A stretch of 64,000 nucleotides of DNA from Eledone cirrhosa (lineage: Eukaryota), in contig OZ024745.1 in the NCBI GenBank assembly GCA_964016885.1, forward strand, positions 134,230,001-134,294,000, written 5' to 3'. A program made the translations under genes and the position numbers. Shown piece after piece: positions 49,531-63,370 of this stretch; position 1 is the first letter of the stretch; the number at the start of each line of letters is the position of its first letter. The notes under the pieces are model-generated. The model searched no databases and was not told the origin of the DNA. It was given only the letters and a program-made list of their open reading frames with translations.

Positions 49531-50222
49531 TTTTCCCATATATATTCTCTCTTCTTATGAAGAGAGCTTTAGAGCAAACCATTTGACAAACCTACCACAT
49601 AAATTGATAATTGGGTGCTTTATGTTTGGTCATTTTATTTTATAGAAAAATAAGTGCAAAATAACTATGAACCAAAATTTGGAATGTTTTAATCTTGTGT
49701 GTAAAGAATAATGTTCTTTTTTGAAAATCAAAATGAAGACAGTAGTAGGTTTTAAATACACTATTGTATGAAAAAGTAGCTAACCATCTCTTATTCATAA
49801 TAATATGACCTCCATGTGATATTTTGACTATATGAAGGATTGTAATATGTTAATGAAGACTAAAGACAATTATAATGGTAGTTTTCCTAATATGCTTATA
49901 ATCACAGAATTTTCTTACATCTGTCTTCAAACCAATTCTTTGGTATGATAGTTTCTCATACAACTCACATCTACATTTTTATAGATGTTTCATTTTTTTT
50001 CTCAAGAAACTCTGCCAAGACTCTCAGGTTTAATATACCATAATATTTTACTTTCAATTCACTGTACGAAAATCAAAACCAGAAACGGTTGAATAGTTTT
50101 TAATTCTGTTGTGATTCCTTCAACTGTGCAATTTTTCTCTGCCTCCCACCACTAAGGTATACCTATAAATAAATTGCTTTATCTATTTACATACACATAC
50201 AAAATAAGCAAAAACAAAATCT

Positions 50223-50228
50223 AATAAA
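50223..50228 (+). terminator. Candidate polyadenylation signal of the MIEAP-like gene (another AATAAA at 50168)
   Basis: AATAAA ~700 nt after the stop, followed by GT/T-rich sequence; weak evidence in AT-rich DNA. Confidence 0.35.
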
Positions 50229-51518
50229 ATGTTTGTATAGCCAAAATTGTTTTAGGAAATATAAATAAAACCAAAATTTGTTTACTAAGTCAATTTAAAG
50301 CAACTAACAAATATAGTTTGAAATGTAAACTTCTTAGCATGTCTGAGATAGTGATATTAGCCTAGCTACATAAGAACTGTAAAATATTGTCCCGAATCAG
50401 TCTAAGATCTTGAGGAAGTAAATTGTTTTGTACAATTAATGAGTAGTTATGTGATCAGATATAGAAACAAAGACAAGGTCAACTTTGCCTTTCATCCATT
50501 CAAGGTCGATAAAAAAAGTAGCAGTCAAATATTAATCCTCTATATCTCTATATCTCTTTCTCACTTCTTTTTTCTCACTCTCTATCCTTCTCTGGAGAAA
50601 ATATGCTGCATTCAGACCAAATGAGGAGATGGGCTCTGCCAAGTTTTAAAAAATTTGCCCTAGAAATGTTGTATGTCAATAGGACCCCCTGAGAAGTTAT
50701 AGAACCATACATATATAGAAACAAAGAAGACTTTGTGAATGTTCAACCTACTGGAAATAACAGCCAAATCTCTCACAAATTGCACCTAAAGAAAGGACAA
50801 GAAAGATAATACAGTCCTAAATGCCTCTAAAAAGATAGGATAGAGAGTGAGAAAAACGAAGTGTGAAAGAGATATAAAGGAAGAATCAACCCCAGTGGTA
50901 CATTTTTTATTAACCTCAAATGGATGAAAGGCAAAGTTGATCTGGGGCTGAACAACATTGCAGAGTTTTGTTAAATAGGTGTAGAACTATTAACCTCATG
51001 ACAATGTGTTGAAACATGATAACTATAGCTTGCTACATGTCTTTACCGACCCGTTGGATTGGTTTCATGGGTAGGTAGGTTGTTTTCTTTAGCCCATGAG
51101 AACCTCAGGTGACTATAGCAATGAGATATGCTGTATAATCCGCAGATGTATCAAGTTTGTATCCTGATATCAACTCTGTATTCTATCCTTGGTCAAGACA
51201 CTTCTTCTTTACCCATATATTCCTGAGAGGGTGATAGGGGCAGAGTCCTCAAACACTCCTTCCAGCAAGTCCTGTCAGAGGCAATCTTCGTGCACACCAC
51301 CCAGGGCAAGTCGCAGGCCCATTACCAGTTTATACGGCATGAAATGGAGGCTGCAATATATTTTTTTAACAGGCCCCTCTACCAGTGTCTGGACAAGACA
51401 ACTCTTAAAACTCCAATCTGTGAGGAGGGACCAATTTCCACAGAATTTGTTGCTATTAAAGTAGTGTGGAGTTGAGATATTGAGATTCCAGTCCCACTTT
51501 TGAGTTTCAGTCATGTCA

Positions 51519-51721
51519 ATTGTTTCTACATTTGGTACAAGGCCAGCAATTTAAAGGGAAGGGGAAAGTCGACTAAAATTGATCCAATGCATTACTGGTA
51601 CTTTATTTTATCGACCCCATAAGGATGAAAGGCAAAGCTTACCTCAGCGAGATTTGAACTCAGAATCACTAAATACTAAATACTGCAAAGCATTTTGTCC
51701 AATGCTCTACCGATTCTGCCA
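51519..51721 (-). mobile_element. SINE family A
   Basis: Reverse-complement match to the family consensus. Confidence 0.8.
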
Positions 51722-51948
51722 GGGTAAGATGCCAGCAAACTCAGTCTAATGGTTCTAATTCTGTTTGAAGCCATAAACTAAGATTGCTAACTCTTTCAAG
51801 AAAGAAATGAATGCATGTCCTCAAAAACTTATTTTATCCTTCCCTTCCTCTCTAAGTTCGAATGACTATTTCATGATCATATTTCTAATGAAACACACTC
51901 TATTTCAATTAGTTAATGAAGAATTTTGAGGGATTTACTAAAATTATT

Positions 51949-52489
51949 AATTATTTCATTACTAAAATTGTAACTTAATGTAAGGTTATTATATAAAATT
52001 GTGTTGGAAGATTTTAATTTAAATTGGAAACCTTAAAATGGTTGGTTTTGTTTCATAGAATCCGAGCCAGTTTTGGTCAGGTTGATAATTAAAGGGAACC
52101 TTGTAAATGTAGTGGAGTGGTAACACATTCCATTCAGTGTTCTACCATTTCTACAATATTAAATTTCACATATGGAATGTGCAAGTGAGATATGATCTCT
52201 TATCCATCTAGGAAAGCAAATTATTTCATTACTAAAATTGTAACTTAATGTAAGGTTATTATATAAAATTGTGTTGGAAGATTTTAATTTAAATTGGAAA
52301 CCTTAAAATGGTTGGTTTTGTTTCATAGAATCCGAGCCAGTTTTGGTCAGGTTGATAATTAAAGGGAACCTTGTAAATGTAGTGGAGTGGTAACACATTC
52401 CATTCAGTGTTCTACCATTTCTACAATATTAAATTTCACATATGGAATGTGCAAGTGAGATATGATCTCTTATCCATCTAGGAAAGCAA
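51949..52489. repeat. 270-bp tandem duplication (2 apparently identical copies)
   Basis: 51949-52218 is repeated at 52219-52489. Confidence 0.93.
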
Positions 52490-52694
52490 TATATTTGAAT
52501 AAGAACTGACTTGAATTGTCACAGCCAACACCAAAATAGTAAAGCAGATATAATACAATGAATCTTGTGATGATGAGTTCTGAGTTCAAATTCCTGCATA
52601 GCCAAATTTGTGTTGATAAAATAAGTGGTATTGTGAAGCCAATATAATTAAGTACACGCATCCCTTATAAATAGTCTTGTGCAATACAGAGTTA

Positions 52695-52783
52695 TCAGAC
52701 CATCTGATAGAGTGGTAGAGTGGTCAGACCATCTGATAGAGTGGCCAGACCATCTGATAGAGTGCTACAAATCATCAGACCAT
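52695..52783. repeat. ~21-bp minisatellite cagaccatctgatagagtgg
   Basis: 3-4 copies visible. Confidence 0.8.
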
Positions 52784-53979
52784 CGAGAACTTTATAGTAT
52801 TTGTTCTGACTCTCTGCTCTGTGTTTAAATACCTCTGAAGTCAACTTTACCTTCCATCCATTCAAGATTAATAAAAAAAGTACCAGTCAAGTACTGGGGT
52901 CGATTCTTCCTCTATATCTCTTTCTCACTTCCTTTCTCTCACTCTCCTTCTCTGAAAGAAATATGCTGTATTCAGACCTGGAGAGGAGATGCTCTAGAAA
53001 CAGTATATGGCGCCCTTTCAACTCTCTTGGGAGTTATGGGTCCATTTGTGATTTCATTGTGTATCTGTTCTATTAATGCCCTAGAGGTGTCATATATCAA
53101 TATGACACCTATACAACTCCTCCAGGAGTTACGGGACAATGCATACAAACATAGAAAATCAATACTGTTAACCTGATAAACCTTTTTATTATGTAAACAA
53201 ACAATATTATAAACTTTAGAAAATCTTAGAAATAGCTGAGACAGTAGTTATGTCAGATTTCAAAACAATAGTCTTTAGTTTTAACCTTAAGGTTATATGT
53301 TCAAATCTCACTGAATTCAACATTACTTTTTGATCCCTCTAACAACTAGTTAATATATATTTATATTTAACATTTATTCTTCCCTTCAGAAAATTTACAT
53401 CTGTTCCTCAGTAAGAAACCAATATCCAATTCCTTTATTCTCTTAAATGATCTCTTTTTGTCTATCTCGCTATCTATAAAGTTGTCGATGTGTTGTTTAT
53501 CCTTTATATATATATATATATATATATATATCTCACTCCCACTACATCTTTCTTTCCATATATATTTAGCAATATTGTTCTGGTTTGTTTGATCACATCA
53601 GGGTCACCATTTTTAGTACAGATTGGTTAGTTGGTGTGATATTGTGTTGATTGAATGTCATGTGTGGAATGGATTTGGTGGAAATTGTGAGACTAAATTC
53701 ATGAATGCAGAGAGGTTAAGAAATTATACAGCTTCTGTTTGTGCTTGGTTTGAAACAAGTGGAAAAGTGAGTGAATGTTTGAATTTGAAGATATATATAT
53801 TTACTAACTTACATTGGCAATGGCTTGACTGAAGTCACCAAACATCAAGAGAGAGTGAACCTGAGAAGAGTCGGCCTTGATATACTCCTAGGTGTCATCA
53901 TCACTGTTTTTGGCAATGAAGTCATTGCTATTTTAGTTTAGTGGACATGGGGCATGTTTGTAAAGAGAAAATTTTACCC

Positions 53980-54252
53980 CAGCAGCTCTCCACCTCCAAC
54001 TTAGTCACTTCGGCCACAGACCCTAGTACTGCGGTCCGCAGGAAGACTATCAAATACCAAGGCTTGTCCGGCCTCTTTGCACTGGTTGCCATGGAGATCT
54101 CAGGCATCCTCAGACTCTATTCTGCCAAGCTCCTCCACAAAATGTCAGCAACCCATCTGAGGAAAAAGACTCACAAAGTGGAGTGGCAGCGGGTGTCACT
54201 GGCCATTGTCCATGGAAATGGCTTTGCAGTGTTGTCCGCGGAGTGCAGCTGA
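53980..54252 (+). mobile_element. Old CRE-like C-terminal fragment
   Basis: SNLVTSATDP..KYQGLS..AMEISG..QRVSLAIVHGN aligns to the C-terminus of the element at 1500-1770. Confidence 0.7.
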
Positions 54253-54789
54253 AACACCACCCCACCCTAAGCCCATCACCCTCTCTTCTTCCCCTCTCCC
54301 TTCTGTGACCCAAGAGTTCTTGCTCTTTCCCTCCTTTTCCTCTCATTTATGGCATTTATAGTCCTCTCCTCTATTTTCCCAAACAGCCAGATCTGTCCTT
54401 CTTTACCCCTTCCCCCTTTTTCTCATTACTTAATTTTGCTTTAATCTTTCATTTTCATATTTATGTAATTATCAATGGTTTTTAAGCCAACTTTGTGAAT
54501 AATTTAGCAATATATATGGAAGGAAAAATATGGCACAAGTGAGAAGAAGCTACATCAAACTTGTTAGGCTGTTCATACATCTTTATCTTTGTGTATCACC
54601 ATTGTTCATACAATCATCAAATATACCCTATAGACAGATATATGCATAAGAAAGTTGGCTAAATCATTCAAATAAAATGATTTGATATCTATTTTTATAA
54701 ATAAACATATTTTCACATTTCATTGATATTTTTAGTTTGCTTTTATTTGATACTTTACATTTGTTTTCTAATTTGTTTTTCATCCCAGT

Positions 54790-55112
54790 GGAATGTAAGT
54801 GTGAGAGAAAGGCAGAGCTTGGATGAACTGAGGGAAAAACTGGGTTTAATAGGAATCCTAGGTAGTGTGCAGGAGAGAAGACTGCATTGGTATGGACATG
54901 TGATGCACAGACAATGATCATTGGGAAGGAAGCCGCAGTAGACTAAGAAAGACCTAGGCAGAGGTTGACAGAGCTGACCTCAAATCACTGTCATTCACTG
55001 AGGAAATGACAAAGGAATGTGATGAATGGAGAGATGCCATGTTGAGGACCCATTGAACCCATGCAAGCATGGAAAAACAGACATAAAAACGATGATGATG
55101 ATGATGATGATG
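54790..55112 (+). mobile_element. RTE LINE 3' fragment, decayed
   Basis: RERQSLDELREKLG..ERRLHWYGHVM; (GAT)n tail. Confidence 0.8.
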
Positions 55113-56242
55113 TCTGAGAAAACTGATCACTTTACCAGGATTTAGACTATAAAATTGTACCTGTGGCTTAATTGTGTATAGTTTATTTAATAATTGTTTC
55201 TACTTTAGGCACAAGGCCAGCAATTACCCAGTGCATTACTGGTACTTTATTTTATCGACCCCGTAAGTTTATTTAATAATGAGTTGAAAAATGCTGATTA
55301 ACTGAGATGATCTATACAATGAAGTTGAAAACAAGAAAGATAACTCTAATAAGATGAGCTAATCAAAATGTTTGGAAAATAAAGATGATGCAGACAGGAT
55401 GTTGTCTTTAAAGTCAAGTGAGAACCAAAGACAGGCACACCTAGAATCAAAGCCACTCTTTATAAATAAAACTGTCCAATGTTTTCAAGACTGTAAAGTG
55501 TGGTTTGAGATAGTTTAATAATCTCATAGAGCTCTCAATAGTTTGACCATAAATTTGTAAGGTAAGATAAGTGATACTATAAAATTAATCCTATATTTAA
55601 GATTCCATACTGATTATGAAACCACTTATTTTATGATCAGATTCCTGTTGTTTATCAAGTGTTGTACGTTTGAACAAGATGAATCTGTATTGAGGATAAT
55701 CTAAAGGCTGGTGCTTATCTCAGTTTCATGGCATGAAGTGACTGAGAGTGCAAGACTCTTCCCTGGATACTAGTCCAGGGTTAAACCCCCAGCTGGTAAT
55801 CATGTCATAAAGTGTTTAGTTCAAGAACACAACACAAAACTCAGCCCAGGAATTGAACCCACAGCATTATGATCGTAAGACCAACACCCTTACCACTAGA
55901 CCACGCTCACCTTTTACCAGGTGAGGATAATGGAGAGAAAAAATATGATTGTCAGTAACAGTATATAGTATATAAGCCAGTATATTCAATTTCTAATAAA
56001 TGCTTACTAAAGGTAGAAAACTCTGAAGAAGTAATATTTCGACCTTTATAAAACAATATAGGCATTGAAAGTTGTTTTGTTCTTGTTTTTTCAACCCAAA
56101 TCATCTTTTTTGTAGGGAAAAATAGTTAATTACTTTGACTACATTTTATTACTGGTACTCATTCAGCTCCCTCACACTATCAATATTCAATAAAGCATTG
56201 AAGTAGATACCATACAGAAATTATTCCAACATCAGTAACAGA

Positions 56243-56626
56243 AAAGACCCGCCTTGCCAGTAGGCATCTCTAACAAACTACACCCCGTCCCGCCACCACC
56301 CCCACCCCATCCACACCACCCCGTTCTATGTAAAGTTATGTTGGTGCCGCGCCATCCAGGCCGAAACAAATGAGATCGTGTAGGTGTCACGACAAAAAAA
56401 CACACAGTCCACGCTGTAATGTGGCCGTGTAGGCAACACGGTAAAAACCTCCCAGACCCACACTGTAAATGTGGTTGGTGTTAGGAAGGGCATCCAACTG
56501 TAGAAAACCTGCCAGACAGTCCTATGCGAGCAAGACAATCACTCTTGCCTCAAGTGGGACTACCCCCGTCCAAACCCATGCAAGCGTGGAACACGGACGT
56601 TAAACGTTGATGATGATGATGATGAT
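56243..56626 (+). mobile_element. RTE LINE 3' UTR copy
   Basis: Nearly identical to 40995-41400; (GAT)n tail. Confidence 0.9.
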
Positions 56627-59134
56627 ACTAAATCTTCAACATCGTCCCTACAATAGAAGATAGATTCTAGTGTTTTAACCATTATAATCTAAGCTGAAAA
56701 TCTATTGGAAAAAACATGGCTTTACATCATTTGGGGAATTAATAAAATAATTATTAGGCATTATCTTCAATTTAGTATTCGTACCAACCCTTATATGGTC
56801 ATGAATCTTAGGTAATTACCCAAAGAATATGATTGCAAATACAAGCAGCCAAAATGGGGTCTTCTGAGTAATATTTCTCAATAGAGTGCATAGCCTGTTA
56901 ATAAGAGAGTCACTCCAGGTAGAGCTGTTACTTCTCCAAATTGAGAGATCACAGCTCTGATACTATAGTTAAAATATCGCAGGATAACATACATGAGTTT
57001 AGCTGGTCTCACCCATGCTAGCAGGGAAGATGGACATTAAACAATGATGATGATACTATAGTTAAAATATCTCAGGATAACATACATCAGTTTAGCTGGT
57101 CTCACCCAGTGTGGAAGATGGACGTTAAACAATGATGATATACTAAAAGTTGATTCGATAAACTAAACTATTTACAAATTCTTTGCTCTAACCAACATAA
57201 GAAAATGAATAATCAATAAAAGCATGACCCTATTATTGACAATGTCTCTCTCTCTCTTCCCATCCTCATTGCTGGATGTCAGACTGGATATAATAGGGGG
57301 GGGGGGGGGGCTATTGCCCCAGTCTCCCTGCAGTGAGGGCTCCCACCAGTGACAGCTGTAGCAATTTATTTGTGCCCTCTGCTGGACTTTCTAGTTTTAG
57401 GATGATTAGGTTTTTTAAATCTAACACTTGTATGTACTTTTCGATTCCAATTACTTTCAACAAGCTGACTTTGATAGGAAAAAATTGGGAGGTTTGCTGT
57501 GTATTCTAATTTCTTTTTTGTATGAGGAGCACCCCATGGTCTAATTCCAGCCCAGGGGTAAGGGACCATAGACAATAGCACCATGTATCTTACCTCTCAG
57601 TTTCAAGTTCAAACTTCTGCTGCTATGGTTTCCTTTCTCTTCTTCCTCGACTATTTATTCCTGAGAGGTGGGGGCAGAGTCATCAAACACTCCCTCCAGC
57701 AGGTCCTGTCAAAAGTAACCATCTCCAACTGATCCAGTTGGATCCCCAAACGAGACCAGCCAAGCTCATGGATGTTATCCAACCATCTTGCTCAGGGTGG
57801 ATGGTTGGAATCAAGCATGTGAATGTGTAGGAAAACGATCAGAGTTATCTTTTGTCTTTGCAGGCATGAATTGGCCTCTCCACATCACGTGACAAAGGGG
57901 AAGATTATGTGTGTGAGAAGAATGACGTATTATTTATGTTGTGGTAAACTACAAATGAACCACGTTCAGTTTAAATTTGGCTGATAAATATTTCATTTAT
58001 AGAAGTAACATGACATCAATAAATCCAAGACCTTTACCATCAACACCACAATCATTTTACCTGTCAAAGCTGACAGGTATTACAGTCATAACCAAGTCAA
58101 TTCTTTAGCAGAATTACAAGTCAGGAACCACATCTCATTCAAACATTCCCTTCTTAATATTTTCTATGACTGAATGCCCTACTTGGTGTATGGGGCGTCA
58201 TTTATTATGATATCATTAGAGAGGTTGTCATAAGTGTTACATAGTAAAATTGTGCATTAAGATACGTTTTAATACTCTATGACCATTACAATAGTTTGAT
58301 CAAATAGGTTCTAGAATTACCTCCCTTGTTTATAGCCCAAGGCTGTTGTTAAAGGTCGAAGGGAGATAAACATTTTATTGAATTCTATTTCTAGTATTTA
58401 ATTTTAAATCTCTATGATAGCAATAGCGGTGTGGTTAAGAAGTTTGCTATCACATTATTTCAGGTTTCAAGTGATCAGCAATTTGAGATAGTGTTTTCAA
58501 CTATGAACGGAATTCCTGTTCGTATATGTGTGGCATCAAAAAAATGTAATCTCGGGTCCCAAATACTGAGTTGGAATAAGCGACAGGATTGGAAAATCGG
58601 TAAATTTTCTAAGTTGTCTCCCTTGATTGCTTAAAAACCAGGATTAGTCGTTTAGTTTACATATTGAGACCCCAACCCAACCTATATATTTTATAACATA
58701 TGGGATTTCTTGTAATGTTTTTTTTTTGTCAGTTATAATGTTTTTTAATGTATAAAGACAATTGTCGCAGGAATGCTACCACTTAAAATAAAATTTCGCC
58801 AGAGATAGATTAGATTTAATAAGAGCTGATGGGGTTAGAAAAAATCTGAAAAATTAATAAGAGGGGGGAGGAAACAATTATTCGAGACCTGAGTGTAGCC
58901 ATTTACTAAATATAGATTGATAAAGTAGTGGGATAGATAGGATCATCTAAACCTTTGAGGGTGGTGCTTAAGCATGGCTGCAGTACAATGGCTGAAACTA
59001 ATAAAAGAATAAGAAATAAACAAAAGCTAAACTGACTAACTTGTACCATATATCAGATATCTATTGCAGGGTATATGACAAGTACCCTCACACAAATCTA
59101 ACTTTTATTTCAACAGTACAACTTATCTCTCTGA

Positions 59135-59365
59135 AGGTGTGTGGCTATGTGGTTTGGGTGTTGGACTAATGGTCATGTCATAGGTTAAATTCTTGGACTA
59201 TGTAGTCTGTTGTGTCCTTGAGCAAGACATTTTATTTCATGTTACTCCAGTCCACTCAGCTGGCAAAAATAAGTTGTGCCTGTAATTTGAAGGGCCAGCC
59301 TTGTCACATGCGGTGTGATGCTGAATCTCCCTGAGAACTGTTAAGTGTACTCATGTGTGGAATGC
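59135..59365 (+). mobile_element. SINE family B-related (CORE-like), + strand
   Basis: tRNA-like head, then gtgtccttgagcaagacattttatttca..actcagctg; an inverted related copy lies at about 59460-59660. Confidence 0.65.
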
Positions 59366-60093
59366 TCAGCCACTTGCATGATGTTGTAACCAATGGCGTA
59401 CCAGTCATATTGACCCCTGACCTCTGGTTGGTGTAGTAGTAGCACTAGTGTAGTAGTGTTCCAGTTGATACAATCAATAGAACAGCCTGCTCATGAAATT
59501 AACGTGCAGGTGGCTGAGCATTCCACAAACATGCGTACTCTTAACATAGTTCTCGGGGAGATTCAGCATGACATGGGTACAACTCATTTTAGCCAACTGA
59601 GTGTCTGAGCAACTTGAAATAGAAGACACCACCGAGAATCAAACTGACGATCATGAGCAGAACACTGTACAAAGCCTTAACAAAAGTTTAGTAAGACCCC
59701 CCCCCCCCCCAACGTATAGCTCCTGACCAGAATCTCAGCCACCACTAGGCCACCAACATGACTACAGTGCAGTAGGAGAGATTACATTTTATATACATTC
59801 ATCACCGTTTCACGTCCATTCTTCCATGCTAGCATGGGTTAGACAGGTTGTCCTGTTGTGGGGAGTGTCCAGCCAGCTGACCTTGTCTTGCTTCTACTGG
59901 AACTAATTCTGGCTTGATTTCTACAGCTGGATGCCCTTCCTAACACCAACTTCATTTACAGTGAGTGCTGGGTGCTTTTTTGCCGTGGCGCCTACACTTC
60001 CACTTTACAGTGTGGGCTGGGTGTTTTTTTTTTTTGTCCTGGCACCTCCACGACCACTTTGCAGTGGAATGATATGGGCCCCAGTCCTATCAT

Positions 60094-60236
60094 CTCATTT
60101 CTACAGCTGAGTAAACTGGAGCAATGTGAAATAAAGTGTCTTATTCAAGGAAACAACACATCACCCGGTCCGAGTATTGAACTCACAACCTTTCAATTGC
60201 AAGCCCAATGCTCTAACTACTAAGCCATGCGCTTTC
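60094..60236 (-). mobile_element. SINE family B 5' part
   Basis: ctcatttctacagctgagtaaactggagcaatgtgaaataaagtgtc..attgaactcacaacc. Confidence 0.75.
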
Positions 60237-60987
60237 ACATGGCTACATTATCTATACTAATGTCCAACATGAATAAAATTGCTGAAAATCTTAATCTATT
60301 AAATAAGATATTATACGCACCAATTTGAGAAATAAACTCAGTCAGGACTCACACAATATATCTTTACTTGTTAAGTAACCACCATATTGATTTCATGAGG
60401 TGTATGGAGCTGGTTGTGATTCTCACTTGGCTAAATCTTGCTCCAGCAAGGAAAAAAACGGACTTAAAATGATTTTTTCATTTTTTTTTTTTTTAGCTAT
60501 ATAAACAGAAAATGAATAGAAATTACTTCCTGTTTCAAAATGGAAATTGTGCATTGCATATAAGCAATTAGCCTGAATATGTTATTTAGATGTAACATAT
60601 CCACACAGGATGGACCCATAACTCCAGAGGGTGCCATAAGGGCACCATATTAACATACTGCATTTCTAGGGCATTTTAAAATTTGGCAGAGCTCAAACCT
60701 CTCCAGGTCTGAATAGAGCAGATTTCTTCAAGAGAAGGATAGAGAGAGTGAGAGAATGGAAGTGAGGAAGAGACACAGAGGGGGAATTTGCCCCAGTACT
60801 AGACTGATACTTTTTCATCGACCTGGAAAAGATAAAAGACAAAGTTGACCTTGGTGGGATTTGAACTCGGAGAGCAAAAAACCGAAATAAATACCACAAA
60901 GCATTCCATATGACAATCTAACAACTCTGCTAATCACTGCCGAACATGTAATATATATCCACCAGGATATAATATATTAAAAATTTA

Positions 60988-61214
60988 TTAACCCTTTAGC
61001 ATTTAAACCGGCCATATCCGGCCAGAAATCCCTCACCTATTTCTGTTCAAACTGGCTGTAACCAGCTGCTCATACTGATGTTATGGTATTGTTTTCAAAA
61101 TAAATAACATCAAAATCTCATCGATTTGATATTATGTGAGATAATTGTGGGGTAAAGTCTTTACTGTGAAAATACAATAGTATATATAGAGTAATGTAAA
61201 TGCTAAAGGGTTAA
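60988..61214. mobile_element. piggyBac-type MITE, intact
   Basis: TTAA|CCCTTTAGCATTTA ... TAAATGCTAAAGGG|TTAA: 14-bp TIRs and TTAA TSD. Confidence 0.92.
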
Positions 61215-61568
61215 ATTTGATATGTTAACACAGTTTCAATGCGAGAGGAATTTGACTAAATTTAATGTCTACTTCTGCTAGCCTAACGAAAGAGTATTCT
61301 TTGTATGTGAAAATTATTAAGATAATATTTCAGCTATTAGAGATCAGCAAGTCTTTGAAAATATATAAGAATTGAGTACATTGATATGGCAACACAGGTG
61401 CTGGGTTTTCAACAAACTCCTTGACAAAAACACCTGTTGGTGCTCCAGTCCACCATACTGCAGTGGTGTAAAAGTGCTGTTCCCAGCAGGTGGGGTTTCT
61501 ATCGGAATTCTTCAGCTGTATTCAAATTATCCAGAAGGCAACAGGATATGATTCCAGTAAATTATCCA

Positions 61569-61852
61569 TTAACCCTTTAGCATTTAAACTAGCCATATCC
61601 GGCCAGAATTCTCTCACCTCTTTCTGTTCAAACCAGCCATATCCAGCCAGAATTCTCTCACCTCTTTCTATTCAAACCAGCCATATCTGGCCAGAATTCT
61701 TTCACCTCCTTCTGTTCAAACCGTCCGTAACTGGCTACTCATACCGATGTTAAGGTATTGTTCTCAAAATCTTGTAGTTTCAATATTATGTGAGATTATC
61801 CCTTGACTGCAGAAATACAATAGTAAATATAATGTAAATATTAAAGCGTTAA
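61569..61852. mobile_element. piggyBac-type MITE with internal ~44-bp triplication
   Basis: TTAA ends; gccatatccggccagaattctctcacctctttctgttcaaacc occurs three times. Confidence 0.85.
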
Positions 61853-62024
61853 ATCTCCACATGAGGATGTTCCAATAATGACAAGAACAACTGTTTTCCA
61901 GGTTGTCATTCATTCAACATATCTCAATATAAAAGCTGTTTAAAGTTATAAATTTTATAACAGTTATCAGAATAGATAATCAAGTTATTAAAAAATAAGA
62001 CAAATCTAAAATTGTTTTCAATAA

Positions 62025-62420
62025 CGATTTCTAGTTTAGGCACAAGGCCAGCAATTTGGGAGAGGGGAAAGTCAATTAAATGGCTCCCAGTATTTTACTG
62101 GTATTTTATTGACCACAGAGGGATGAAAGACAAAGTTGACCGTGGCAGAATTTGAACAGACAACACACAGAACCAAAACATGCTACAAATGATTTTGCCA
62201 ATCCATCAATTTTTTTAATAATTGTTTCTGATTTAGATACATGGCAAACGATTTGGGGGAAGGGTAAATTTGATTAAATTGAGCCCAGTGCATTACTGGT
62301 ACTTTATTTTATCGACCCTGTAAGGATAAAAGGCAAAACTAACCTCGGTGGGATTTAAACTCAGAACATAAATGCAGTAAAGCATGTTGCTCACTCTACC
62401 AATACTGCCCATCTACCACC
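62025..62420 (-). mobile_element. Two tandem SINE family A copies
   Basis: 62025-62160 and 62219-62420 each match the family reverse complement. Confidence 0.75.
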
Positions 62421-63100
62421 CTCCCACCATTTTAAACAATGGAAACACTCTTTTATGTTTAAAATTAATGAATTTATTATAATATATTACATTATATATA
62501 CTTTCCAACTGATGTTCTGGACATACAAATATTGATTAAATAAAAAAAACAAACAAATGGAACGTCTTTAAAGATAAATAATTCATCAGACAAAAGTTTT
62601 GTTTTTATATGACAGTTCCTGATCAACTCAAGAATGAGTTCAGTACCCCTCATGTGGCATTGACATTTTGCTTGAAGTTTACAGAATATGAACCAGATTG
62701 GGGATCCTTTTGCATTTGAAAATTTTCAGTTGAGAGGCCAAATGGTTTGAGAATCATGTTTCCAAGATCTTTAAGTTTACCTTTAGAAGAATAGAATTTA
62801 CAGAAAATAAGGGTCTTGTGTAACAACAATATTACCTCTTAATAACTCATGCAAATATCCTAATTTTCAAAATTATTCTGATTGAAAATAAAATACTCTT
62901 TATCTGAAGTCTATTAAGATTATATTTCAGTGATTAACAAGTATTCATAAATATATAAGAAAGGAGTAATCAAGAAATATTATTTACTGCCAGTGGCAGA
63001 GCAGCATGAAGGCAAGCATGACGTTAGGATGGTGTTAAGTATCAGAAGAAAAGATATATAGAAGACGCAGAATTTAAGTCACTAATTAGAGTTTTCTTAG

Positions 63101-63370
63101 GGTAAAGACTCCCTTCGGTCACAAATGACCATGCAATTTGCACCTAGAAAATTCCCTTCCGAGGCACAAGTCTAGGCAAATTGGTTTGTGACCCCTCTCC
63201 ATGCCACCAATGTTGTCCAATACAACTTGGCACCAGTGACGTTGCAACCCACTTCTACAACTGGAGCAATGTGAAATAAAGTGTTTTGCTCAAGTGTTTT
63301 GGTTCAGGAATCGAACTCACAACCTCATGAGTGTAAGTTCGAAGTTCTAACCATTAATTTATGCACCTTC
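63101..63370 (-). mobile_element. SINE family B
   Basis: Aligns with 7004-7329 (ggtaaaga..cccttcggtcac..cttggcaccagtgacg..gaatcgaact). Confidence 0.8.
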
